From Anthoceros angustus (lineage: Eukaryota; Plantae; Anthocerotophyta), in NCBI GenBank assembly GCA_010909165.1, contig MU008160.1:1736001-1800000 (forward strand): a stretch of 64,000 bases of DNA, written 5' to 3'. A program made the translations under genes and the position numbers. Position 1 is the first letter of the stretch. Each line of letters opens with the position of its first letter. The notes beneath the pieces were generated by a model. The model saw only the letters and a list, made by a program, of their open reading frames with translations. It made no database searches and was not told where the DNA came from. Below are positions 12,901 through 24,960 of the stretch, in pieces.

Positions 12901-14896
12901 GGACTTTCAGTCCGGTGTCCAGCAAAACCGCATGCTGAGGAGTAAGTCCCAGAACAGAAGCCATTGCTGCACGAGCCTGGAGCATCAGATGGTCAGGCAA
13001 ACAACAAATAACAACCAGCCAGACTGAGTCGAGGATTCATAGCCCATGTCTATGAAAATGTCGAGTAACTGATTCTGAGAACGCTTACTCTGTCGCTTGA
13101 ACGGGACTCGAGCCAATCAGCCAAAGTGAAGAGAAAGGTAATGGATCCGGCCTCAAGGTAATCCCCTAGTGCCACAGCACCCCCCACTGCAACCAGGAGA
13201 AGAGCATGTGAGCAATTCCATAGATCATTCCTCCAGACAAAGTCAACCGCTAGATCTCCATTGCAAAATTCAGGAATGCGCAAATCCATTTTCTGACACC
13301 AATTAGAAGCAGCAAGTTAGTTACTAACTCATGAACTCTTTTAGGAGTGATCGAGAGTAGTACTCACCAGCGAGTATCATCAGAACGTTGATGTCCATGA
13401 TAAATCTTCTCAATGCAACCATGCTTCGCAACATTATGGGTGGAATACCCACGGCTACGGAGCCCAGAGCCACCCATCTCAGCGGATTGTATATGTACTG
13501 GAAAAATGCAACCGCCAGGACGAAACCCGAAGCAATTGTCCAGAGACTGGGCCACTTCCGACCAGCCTTCAACTCTCCGCGCCTGTGAATGCTCGCGTCC
13601 AGCCTTGCCGCATTCAGAGCTCCCACTGACAGTGTCCAACCGACAAGAAACGTGAGCTGCAGTTGCTGAGCAAAGTTTGCTCAAGGCGAATCCGACATGC
13701 TTTTGGAATCGATCAAAACAGCTAGCTGTGTTCCGACTTCAGATGTTCACCTAGTTGTCCTTCGGAAGCAACCAATGGGTTATAAAGCACCGTCACTGTT
13801 TTGGAGGTGACGTTAACAGAGACGTCTGCAACTCCGGGCAAGGGCTCCAGAATCTTTTTAATGAGGGGGACCTCGGCAGGGCAGCAAATCCCCATGACAT
13901 CCAGAATCGTCTTGTCCAAGATGTTGCTCACATCCGCAGGCAGGGTGACCGTCAATTCCACACCTTCCCCAGGCACAGCCGGCTTCCCAGCCGCCCCAGA
14001 GTGCACCATGGCGCCAGAGAAGTGTATCTTCACACTGATTCCTGCCTCCACGCTCTGACTCAGGCTCAGGGACTCTGCCTGTGGGATGGGATTGTATGCA
14101 AAGGCATCCTTCTTGCCAGGACTCTGGAAGCTGAAGAAGCCCTCCAGCTTCTTGGGTCTCCCTGCAACCTTGATGAGCCGGCCGTGCTCAAAGAACTGAC
14201 AGCTGCCATCAGCTTTGGTGTGTGCATGAGACAGGAGAAAGGAGCCGTCTGCAAGAGGAATCATCCAGTCATTGTGATCGCCGTGCGCAACCTGGTTGTG
14301 ACCGCACCCGTCACGGTGCTCGTGTGCCTCATCGTGGTAGGGGTCCAAAGTGGAGAAGCCAGACACATCGGGCCAGGGCATAGGGAGAGTGCAGCAAGAT
14401 TCCTCCATGCACTGCTAGCGCACATTCACACGCACAAACACACAAGAAACAAACCCTGATTTCCTCCCTCATCTCATCTCATCTCACAAATCCACATCTT
14501 GCAACGCACATCATCATCATAATCATCATCATCATCATCATCAACAACTACAACAACACTTCACGCCAAGCAATGCACATCTAGAAAAACCCAACAAATC
14601 CCATCTCTTATTTTCCTTCCTCCCAGCCTAGGCCTGCTTGCCTGTTCCAGAAGCACATCCTCGGTGATCTCCCCGCGGTGGACATGGGCGTGCACATGCC
14701 CCGACTCCTGCCAGCACCTCTCCGACAGCAGGTCCCAGTTGCTCCCGCTGTGGTGATCCGTGAAGCACAGCCTCTCCTGCCCTGCTTCACCCGGCGGCAG
14801 AGACAGGAAAGAAACCACTCGCCCATCCTCCACCAGAACCAGGTGGTCAGAATTCTTGTGCTGCCCGTGCTTCTGCGGATATAAGAAGGCGCGCAT
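9965..14896 (-). CDS. HMA2: P1B-2 heavy-metal (Zn/Cd) transporting ATPase, HMA2/3/4 clade, ~1203 aa, with His-rich N-terminal extension and His/Cys-rich C-terminal tail
   Basis: 11 exons: 14896-14642, 14411-13751, 13625-13368, 13186-13089, 12976-12721, 12548-12411, 12315-11988, 11900-11701, 11569-11424, 11342-11274, 11167-9965 (3612 nt, in frame). Motifs: GICCPAE N-MBD, TGES, CPC, DKTGT, SHP, MLTGD, GDGFNDAP, TM7 Lys, TM8 ADVG. Exon 1 is less certain (GC donor). Confidence 0.95.
14468..14560. repeat. (TCATC)n, (CAT)n and (CAA)n microsatellites in HMA intron 1
   Basis: Direct reading. Confidence 0.85.
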
Positions 14897-15717
14897 GGGC
14901 CCGGCATGTCAGACGCGTGACAGCAGACAAGGACAACAATGGCTAGCATGACTACTGTACAATCTTTGTATCTCCCGCGCCATTCCCATGGACGTTCGCT
15001 AGGACTTAGTTCCATTCTGAAATGTGTCGCATTCCTGTGCCCGCACATCGAACAACAATTCCAATGCAGGACAGCATCTTAAAACGAAAAAGGGGGGCGG
15101 TACAGCACATGTTTCGAGTGTAGAGCGAGGTTGGGAATGCAGTCGCGGGGGAGCGTGGCGTGGCGGGGGTGCATCGCATCGCTGCCACACGCACAGCTGC
15201 CTATGCTTCTGCTTGCCAACGGCTTTGCGACCTCGATTTTCCTCCCTTTCCCCTCTCCTTCTCTTGGCTTCAAATGCCTTGCAAATTCGCTTAAATCGGG
15301 ATTTGCGCACGCCTCGGCTGCCACGCCTCAAAGGAAGAGGGAGCGGCGAGGAGCTCGGGGCGGCGGCGATGGCAGGCAACAGGGAATGAGGAAGGAATGA
15401 GGGTCGAGCCCGTTCCCTCGGCAATGAACGCATGCAGTTGGGATACGATACGGCCACGGGAATCAACCTCGCGCCATTTCTCGTGTTCGAACGGTTACAT
15501 CTAAGTGGTTGGAACTTGGTACACATCACTACCCGCTACACACACTATGCATGTACATATCCGCTTCCACCAAAACCAAGCCCTTTAAACATGACCTCTG
15601 AGCATGACCTTGACATGTGTAGCCATCCATCCATCTATTTTTTCAAGTATTCTCGTGCCTTTCAACTCACCCAACACAGTCCTAACTTCAAGAAAAAAAA
15701 GTCCTTTCAACAAAAGT

Positions 15718-16669
15718 GACATGTGCAAAGGAGAAAAACATATCTATTATTTAGTGATATTTTATTTCAAGTTATAATATTAGTTGACTAGGGTTTTTCT
15801 GAAAATAAACTATTATAGTTTACATGGCTTTAGGCCAAATAGACACCATTATTAAGCATCCTCCATTTAGTAGATCAATACTTAGATGGGGTGCCTAGAG
15901 GGAGTGCATACCCGCCTTGGTGCAAGTGGTTAAGACACATGTCGTGCTTTAGCAAATATTGCTTTAAGATATCTTATCTTATTATATTGGGGTGATCAGT
16001 CCTTAATTATGGTATCATATTCTTTATAATTTATAGTGCACTCTTAGATTATGCCATCTTTATGGTCTTGTGTCACCTTTGTGGTCTTTAATTGTGCCAC
16101 CTCTATTGACTTTTATCACCTTTTGTGGACTTTTCTTATGCCATGGTCTTTATCATGTTACCTCTGTGGACTTTTGCAACCTTTCCTAGACTTTTTATTT
16201 TACAACATCTGTTGTCTTTTCTTCTACCATCTTAGTAGTCTTTTCTTTCCGTCATCTTAGTGGTCTTTTCTTTTGTCATCTTAGTGGTCTTTTCTTTCGT
16301 CATCTTAGTGGTATTTTCTTTTGCCATCTTACTGGTATTTTCTTTTGCCATCTTAGTGGTCTTTTCTTTTGCCATCTTAGTGGTCTTTTCTTATTGTGGT
16401 CTCTAGACCTATCACATTCTTACTTGCCATCTAAGTGATCTTTTCTTATTGTGGTTTTAGACCTTTCATATTCTTAGCAATACAATATCAACAAGAATGC
16501 ACTAATTTTCTCCTTTATATTCTTATTATTCTTAGCAATACAATATCAACAAGAATGCTATGATTTTCTCCTTTGTATTCTTATTATTCTTAGTAAAACA
16601 ATATCAACAAGAATGCTTTGATTCTCTCCTTTGTATTCTTATCATGATTCTGATTTAAGGGTCTCTCAC
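15718..16669 (-). mobile_element. Probable 3' LTR of the PHD-integrase gypsy element, containing 24-bp and ~60-bp tandem repeats
   Basis: Minus-strand PPT aagggggag directly precedes TGAGAG at ~16669. Repeats catcttagtggtcttttcttttgc (16230-16390) and caatatcaacaagaatgc x3 (16480-16620). Left boundary uncertain. Confidence 0.55.
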
Positions 16670-16744
16670 TCCCCCTTAACATACGCACCATAACACATTT
16701 GTAAGCACGATTAATAATCAATTACTTACTTACTCAACTTTGTA

Positions 16745-18780
16745 CATCTTTTCAATTGTTGTGCATATAGGACAAAACCATTGTCCCTCTAGTATTGCTT
16801 CTAATGGTGGTTCTAGACAATGAATATGTCATCCACATCTATCACAAAGCAACATACAATAATCATCACCAAAATATGCACATCCTATACATGCAAATCC
16901 TTTTCTATGGACAAATGCAAGTAGATCTATTGTTGGATTTAAATGTTGTAAGTGACAAGGGGCACAATTCTTCATGTGTTCCAAATATGTCCTTCCATCT
17001 CTTCCTTCCAACATCAATACTCACTTAGGGTTAATTTCCTTCACTCTGAATATCACTCTGCTAGCACTATCATCAATTGTTGTCATTGTTTTTCTTCGTA
17101 AATAAACCTAATCGCCATTTTTAAATTTCCTTAATTTTGGTCGAAAATGACCCCTTCTTGTTTTTCTATATCTTAATTCATCTCTATGTTGAGCAATTAA
17201 TAAATTATTCATAGCCATAGGCATAATTTCTAAATAATTCAGCTCTATGATGCACAATTTTTAACCGTTGATTAGGATCATCCAAATCCGAAATAATGTT
17301 CACATTATCTTCTAATTTACTAGACAATAATAGTCTTCTCCCAAACAATAACATATATTTTGAAAATTTACATAATGGTGCTTGTCTACTCATTGTATAC
17401 CCCATTGCAAGAAACAGTAACATTCTATCCCATTCATTCTTATCCATAGTCAAACAATATTTTCTTAAAGCTTGCTTACAAGTTTGTACCATTCTTTCAA
17501 CTAAACCACTAGCTTCAAGATGATTTCTAGATGTTGTTCTATGATCAATTGAGTATTGATTCAAAAGATCATCAAATTCTCCCATGAATTTGTTCCTTGG
17601 TCTGTTAACACTTCTGCAAACACACTTAAAACATGGTTGAGAAATGCTTCACTAATTTCACTAGATTTCTTATCCCTTAATGGTATTAACACAATCCATT
17701 TGGAAAAGTGTTCAATCATTACCAAAACATATTTATATCCTCTTATTGTTGTTGGTAATTCACCTGTTAAATCCAAACTCTATCCATATAACATACCTCT
17801 TACTGGTAAAGGATGTAATTCAGTTGTTTTATTGGAGAAGTATTTTAACTCTATCACAAACTTCACATGTTGATACCACTAAATCAACCACATTCATCAT
17901 CCCCTTCCAATAATAATTATTCATAAAGAAACTAAGAGTTCCTTTTGTACCAATATGTCCCATGTCTTCATGAATTCTTCGTGTTAGTGATACTCTGACA
18001 TCTGGGTTTGGTACTACTTTCATATTATCTACAAAGATTAATTTATCATCTACCCATTTATATCTCTTACTCCTTTTTGATACTCTATCATGTTCCTTCA
18101 AAGTTAGAGCATTTTTATTGTCACCAGTTTGAACCCTCTCTAATGTGTTTTTATCATCCCAAATGTCTACATCAAATTCGACATTTTAGAAATATGCACT
18201 AGGGGATCATCTAGATATTACCATGTGTACATTGATGCTACCTTCTTCATCAAAATCTTGCCTTGCCGCAATTGGGTCATCAATATTATTTAATGGATTT
18301 TTGGATAAAATATCTGCATTAGTGTAATTAACACCTGCCCTATGTTCAATTGTAAAATTAGACTCTTGTAAAATTAATGCTCAATCTAGCTAGTTTCCCA
18401 GTGAGTTTCTCACTTGTCATCAACCATTTCAAGGGTTGATGATCAGTAATCAAATCAAATGACATTCCATATCAATATGGTCTAAAATGTGAGATAGCCC
18501 ATATTGTTACTAAACATTCACCATGATAAGAAGAATAATTGCTTTCAGTTTGATTATTGTTTACTAGCATAGGCTACTACATGTTCTACTCCATGTTCAT
18601 CATCTTGTGCTAAGATAGTACCCAATCCAATTTTACTCCAAACAGTGTATAATTTAAATTTACGTTCAAAATTTGGTCTATGCAATATTGGTTTGGTCAT
18701 AAATATAGTTTTGACATCTTCAAATGCATCTTGATGTTCCTTCTCCCAATTCCACTAACTATCCTTTTTCAATAATTTCT
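16745..18780 (-). mobile_element. Degraded Ty3/gypsy pol (RNase H, integrase, C-terminal PHD finger)
   Basis: RNase H LITDHQPLKW; zinc-binding HEDMGH...CEVC; rve core DLTGELP..YKYVLVMIEHFSKW, LTDQG, GLVERMVQT; C-terminal [17 protein letters not shown]...QWFCPIC. Confidence 0.85.
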
Positions 18781-19051
18781 GAAAATTTTGTGAACGGAAG
18801 CTCATAGGATTGCAAAAGAGAATAAATCAATTAATTAAAGTTGGATAAAAATTGTCTTAAATATTTTTGTGAGCAGGTGTGTCTATTCACCACTAACTTA
18901 GATATTAAATAAACTATAAATAATAACTTGTAGGTTAAAACAACGCCTCACATTTTGACACTCCCACGTAACCTAAGCAGGTTATTGTGCATTCACCATT
19001 GAACTCCATGTATCTTATAGTAGATAGTGATAAATACGGATAGACACAATC

Positions 19052-22000
19052 ATGAAGCCTGGGGAAGTGAGGGTTAACAATGGATGGGTGACCCGCCAAC
19101 TTGCGTCTGTGCAACTCGTGGGGTTGGCCAAGTGGATTTTGTGTTTTCTGCAGAACTGGAAATTGGATCACATGGCGGACCACTTCCTGGTCTTCCTTCA
19201 TGAAGTGGTTAAAGGCACACGGAGTGACTGGGGGAGGATGATTTTTGAGAGGGCCTGTGAAGAGAGGGCGAATTTGCTCTCCCCCTCCCCTCGCCCCTCT
19301 TTGATCTCGCCCTTTCTGATTCATGTATTTGCGTATTCCGAATGCCTAACTGAGTTGGAGGTTGTGTCTGCCCTTCATAGTTGGAAACCGGTCAGGGAAC
19401 TCAAGGTAGAGGAAGAAGAGTCTAAGGAGGATTCAGGGAAGGATTCCAGCAGTTGGGAATTTGCCTCAGCAGAGGATTTGGATGAAGGTGGAGAGGTTGC
19501 AAAGAGTAAGAAGAGGGAGGCAGCGACGACTGAACGGGGGTCGGCCAAAAAGGGGAGAACAGCCGGAGTGGAGGAGGAGCTCACAACCACACCTCGGATC
19601 ACCAGGTCGAAGACGGCAGCAGGGCCGTGGGAGAAGGAGGGGAAAGCAAAAGGGAAACGGCGGGTTGTCCCTCTTGCTGGTGCGGAGGACGAATCGCAAC
19701 TGCTAGGGGAGTTTTTTACGAATGAGGAAGCAGCTGCAGACCAACCCCTAGGGGAGGAAGGGTTAATTTCGGCAGCAAGGCTCGCGCCGGAGCTCAAGGA
19801 CATTTTTGGAGATATCCCATTGGCCTATCCAGCTGGAGTGGAGGCGAGTGACACAGCCCACGTACGAGGCTTGTTGTGGAAGGGAATGGGCACTGGGACA
19901 GCCCAATTTGGGAATCTGTAGGTTTTGACTGCAATGGCTCGATCCAAAGTGACCTTCGATCGGCCTATGGCTCTCACCCGAGTAGGGCAACAAGAGAAGT
20001 TGCTCAAGGAAAAGTTGGAGGGATTGGAGAGCGAGAAAAAGGCAGCAGAGGACCGCAGGCGGGAGTGTGAGGAGGCACTGAGCAAGACACAGGAGCAGCT
20101 GAGGGCCATGTCCACCCAACAGGAGGCCCTGGTGAATCAAGTAAAAGGGGCGCATGCTACGATTGAGGAGCTCCAGAATGAAGTTTCGCGAGTCCAGGAA
20201 CTGGTGGAGACGGTGGCGCCCCTGGAGAAGTTCAAGAAACTGGCGGAGAGATATAAGCGGGAGAGAGATGAGGCTAGGGCCAGGATCAAGAGAGAGGCGG
20301 GCAAACCGAAGAAGGGCAGACCGACAGCCACCGCGGTGGCTGAAGCGACCACCGTTGGGGAAGCAACTACCACGGTGGCTAAACCGGCCACCGTCATGAA
20401 GGGAGGACCCGAGGTGGGGAAGCCACCAAGAGCGCCGCAGCGGGGATGCAACTTCCCTGGATTCTAGGAGGCAGCCAGTCCCGGATTGTCCACGGGTGGA
20501 GAGGGTAAGGATCCCCGAGGAAAGGGGCGACATTGTCACGTCTGGATGAGGATGCTCCCTGTCGCGCATGGTGAGCGAGTGCTCACTCTAAATGTGTATG
20601 TGGTTGTTGGGATGAGGGGCGTAAACCCATCGGCGCACATCTTAACCGCCACGGGTGTCTACCAGTGGTTTCTTCGAACGGGAGCTGGGGCCTACCCCCC
20701 GCAAGTGGTGCTTGAGGAGATGAGCGAGGCGGAGGCCAGAGCGTGGAGGGAGGAACGCACAGTGTGGCTGTCCAGTGATGAGGACCGGGACAACATGCAT
20801 GGGGGCAATAGACGAGCGGCACCCCCTGGAAGAGGTGAAGGAACCACGGGCAGCGAAAGTGAGGTGGAGATTTTGAGGGAGAATCGTTCGGATCAGAGGC
20901 GTGGTAGGAGAGCAAGGGGAACACCCATGGGCCGCAGGGCTAGGCAGCAACCGCGGAGGCGGCCGCGCTGATTTTAGAGGGAAGTGGCATCATAGGTCAG
21001 GGGCTTTTTCTTGGATTAGGCAATAGGGTGTTTTGAAGGGCCTTTGGAGCTGTAGTTACCTGAATTGGTAGGTGCGCTCGTGGTGGTTAGCCGTATTTTT
21101 TTTAGACACTGAGAAAGAGTGAGTTGTGGTGTTCCGCAGCTGGATGTATAAGAGACCTTTCCGTGTCTCTCTGGATAGACAATTTCAGGTGTGAGCTTCC
21201 GTGTGTCGAATCTGCGTGCGGGGTTGATTGGAGACGTCCGGTCAACAACAAACTGATTCGGTGCACCGCCCTTTCGTCACAAGAGGGCCAGGAAGATCCT
21301 TGGGTGGTCGAGAGCTGAGTGACCAAGCTCCGCATCTGGGGTGGCTAGCGGTGATGGGCGCGCTACGCACGCTGGAAGGAGAAGATTTCCACGGTAGTTC
21401 GAGCGAGATCGCGGCTGTGCAAATTCCCCGGTGCTGTCCAGCATTTTTTCCTCCTTCTTTCCAACCCGTTGTCTAACCAGATTGTCTAACTCTAAGACAG
21501 GGGTCTATGTGACCCAAGTGTGGCCTGAGAGAGGGGTTGGCGAGAGCAACTTGTGTGTGGTGGTGTCTGAGAGTTAGGAAGGAAGAGGAGAAGTGAGTCG
21601 ACGTGTAAGGAGGAGTCTAGGGAGTGATGAACGTGAAAGTTTGGGGGAGCGTGGCATATGAGAAGGGTTGTGGGGTGAATGGTGGAAACGGAGCGAATTG
21701 GTGACGGAGTGAGGCGCGCGGCGTGAGTGGCCAAGGTAGGCGTCCGCCGTGAGTTCCGGGGCGGATGCCCCTGGAGGTGAGCTGGAGTAAGCGCGAATCT
21801 GTGTGTGAGACTATATCCCTTAGAATCATGCCAGAGGAACCGGGTGTCAAGTAGAAGGACGCAGCGGCCACAGGTGGGTAGGTCCCGCCGCAGTGGTTGA
21901 GCTACCACCGCGTGGTCGAAGATTACCGGGTACGAACTTACCACGGTGGTGGGTTCGGACGTTAGTGGATTCTTGTAGGTAGGGCCGTAGTAGGGCTAGA

Positions 22001-22122
22001 ATCCATAGTTTTGGAACACCTTGACAAAAAACCATTCCCTTGGGATCGAATCCTAGGACTATAACGACATAGAGGATAAATGTGGCCTCCTTGTGTCTTT
22101 AGACGCAAAATACCATTCCACA
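19052..22122 (+). mobile_element. 3' part of a long LTR-like element carrying an accessory ORF (19052-20971, one internal stop; coiled-coil)
   Basis: ORF segments 19052-19921 and 19925-20467 are in frame. TATA-like tataag at ~21147. Ends ...ttccaCA at 22122, followed by a TSD-like ctaag and a copia RT. ORF shares DHMADHFLVFLH with the 55646-60076 element. Confidence 0.6.
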
Positions 22123-23500
22123 CTAAGTTATTCCTAGCAACAATATTGAACTAGTTAACAAGATTAAAGTTGACCTTAGTAAAGAATTCGAGATGAAGGA
22201 TCTCGGCAAAATTAAATATATTCTTGGAATGCATGTATATAGAGATACCACTAGAGCTATTTACCTTCATCAAGGAAGATATGTAGCTGGTATGTTAAAA
22301 CGCTTCAATTTGGAGAATGCACGTGCAGCAGCCACACTTGGCGGCGTAGGTGTTAAGCTTTCATCTACTACCTTAGGTATCCACAATCTAAACAGGAAAA
22401 GAAAGAGATGGAAAATATTCCTTATCATATGGGAGTTGGTACTCTCATGTTCTTGAGTAATCAAACCAGACCAGATATCTCTAATACTGTAAATGTTGTT
22501 GCTCAGTTCTCAGAGAATCTAGGAAAGGATCACTGGGTTGCTCTCAAGCGCATCATGTGGTACCTCAAGGGTACTCCGAATTATGGCCTCCGCCTGCGCT
22601 GAAAGAAGCATCCGCTCTTGACATGCTTTGTCGATGCAGTTGGGCTTACGACACTGAAAAGTATCTCAAAGATATTGCTTTCTTGCTGGCTCCGTGAATT
22701 GGTCTTGTAAAAAATAAGCTGCAATATCACTTTCATCAACAGAATCGGAGTACAAAGCACTCACTGAGAAAGAGGCTGAATGGGAAAGAAAGCTATGTGA
22801 AGATTTGGATATGAAGCAGGAAGGGCCAACAGTGCTTAATAATTGTGACAATATGTCAGCCCTTGCTCTTATCACTAATCCTATCTTTCATGCGCGCACG
22901 AAGCATATTGAGATTCAACACCATTTTATTCGTGACGCTGCTGAGAGAGGAATTGTTAAGGTATAGTATGTACCCACTGACGACAATACAGCAGATATAC
23001 TAACAAAATCCTTGCCGAAGTTTAAACATCGCCTCGAGAAGGCTTGATTGGTAGGTCAGAGCTTTTATGCACTGACCATACACATTTGGTGAGGTGCATC
23101 TTATCTCGAGCGTTCGATTACTTGAAGTTGATTTTAATAGAGACGCTTGCTTCAATCTTACTGATGACGCATGCAATCGGACGATCGGTGAGTTGAGTTT
23201 AGTTGAAGATCGTAGTACTTATACAATACTCCAGCGGCGAGTGATTATTAGTTCTTAGATTTAGATAACCCAATTAGTCTGAGAGGAAGAGTTAGAAGTA
23301 CGTTGGGTTAAGCCAATCTGACCACGTGTACAGATCACGTGGGTTATGGTCAGATTGGCTTAACCCAGCATGGTCATACCCTTTGGTATCTAGTTCCGAA
23401 GAGGTACAACTCTTCAGACACAGACTATAAAAGCCCACCACTTGTAATCAATTGTATCAATTAGTAAAGCACTAAACCTTGATAAAACGCTTCCGCAAAG
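22123..23500 (+). mobile_element. Ty1/copia 3' half: RT C-terminus, RNase H, PPT and start of 3' LTR
   Basis: FEMKDLG, TRPDIS, HWVALKRI.WYLKGT, LSSTESEY, CDNMSA, HARTKHIEIQHHFIR; PPT gagaggaagag ~23281. Confidence 0.9.
23304..23367. repeat. Perfect 21-bp inverted repeat (hairpin) in the copia LTR
   Basis: tgggttaagccaatctgacca (23304-23324) / tggtcagattggcttaaccca (23347-23367). Confidence 0.9.
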
Positions 23501-23589
23501 CATCTCAAACTCTATGCCCGTTCTTTGAGAGAAGGTCATCTTCGATCGACTTCTCGCTAGCTCTACGCTGCCTGCACCCCGCTCTTTGG

Positions 23590-24960
23590 TGCTTTCTCTT
23601 CCGAGGTTCGAGCGCAACGCCTGGCCTTGACTACACGCCTGTGAGGCCTGCACGAGCGGAGGACCCGAGAAAAGGAAGTGGCAAGGAGGCAATGGAGGAA
23701 GCGTCAAGGCGGAGGAGGCCGTGATCCGGTTGAAACCACGAGGAGGCAGCCAGGCGCTGGAGGCTCAGCTGAAGGAGGCCAAGGAGACGGAGGCCACCAC
23801 CAAGACCGACCAGGCCCACTATCGCAGGGACCGGAATCGTTGGAGGAGGCTACTGAGCTGGCTACCGCCTAAAGGAGGAGCAAAAGGCGAGAAAGCACAC
23901 ACGGCCCATGGGGCAAAGATGGAAGTGCGATTGAGGGAGCTGGGGGATCTTCGGATGCAGCTTCAGGAGGTGGGAGAGGCGCGCCAGGAGATGGAAGGGC
24001 AGATGGAGACCCTGGAGCTACGGCTCCAAGGGGTGGAGGAAAGGAACGGACTCCTCCAAGGGCGGATCGGGGACTACAAGCGGGAGATAGAGAGTCTCCA
24101 GCTCTGCTTGAGAGTAGAAGAAGGCCATCGGCAAAGCAAGGAGTTAGACGTCGCAAAGCTTGAAAGAGAGCTAGCCGATGCCAAACGTTTGGTCGAACTC
24201 CCGGGTCAGTTGGAGAAGGACATGGCAGTCCTGAGCGCGAAGGTGGCAGACTAGAAGCGTTGGCAGAAGGAGGAGCAGAGGTTGCTGGTCCGTCTACGAA
24301 GGGCGGAAGGAGAAGCCCAGTCCTTAGCAGGACGGTTGGTCGCTCTGCGAAGGGAGCAGGAGATAGAGCGAGCCAATGAGAAGCAGCGGCTTCAGGAGCT
24401 GGCAGAAGCCTCCCTAGTAGCTTCCCGAGATGCCGCCAGAGCCAGACTGGATGACCTCGCGGTGGGAATAGCTCACCAAGCGACTAGGCACGCCCGACTA
24501 CCAAAGAACCTTTGGAGACGAATACAGAGTGCTCCGAGCCCACGTAGAAGAGGCCATCCAGCAGATCGACTCGGACTTCGCGTACTATCATGCGGAGCCC
24601 TTGAGAGCGGTGGGGGCAGTCCACCAGGCTGCTGAGGTTGCAAGACCGCCAGAGGAGTCCGAGGGGACCTGAAGAGAAGAAGGTCTCGGGAAAAGCGTGG
24701 CTGCAGGGAATTTGGGCGCCCTGTTTGGCGACGAGAGCACAATGAGGAGGGCCAGACAGATGGGAGGTGACTGGGAGAAGACGGCGAAGTGGCAACAACA
24801 GAGCAAGAGGTAGGTCCGCAGCACCCAGTACCCAACATGGGGGGTGTAGAGAGAAGTGCTCCAGTGGAGGGAAGGTCGGAGAGAGGAGGAGATGGCGCCG
24901 GGGGATGGGGGATCCCAAGAGGCAATTCCCGGCCACCGTGGTGGAGCTAACCACCTCCCC
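23590..24960 (+). pseudogene. Degraded coiled-coil accessory ORF of retroelement type
   Basis: E/R/Q-rich heptad ORFs 23721-24254 and 24282-24635, in frame and separated by a TAG; composition like 19925-20467. Confidence 0.5.

Noticed and set aside
13755-14459. 234-aa plus-strand ORF
   Set aside because: Antisense shadow of HMA exon 2.
16230-16650. Regularly spaced repeats resembling a CRISPR array
   Set aside because: Head-to-tail tandem repeats without unique spacers, inside an LTR, in a eukaryotic context with no cas genes.
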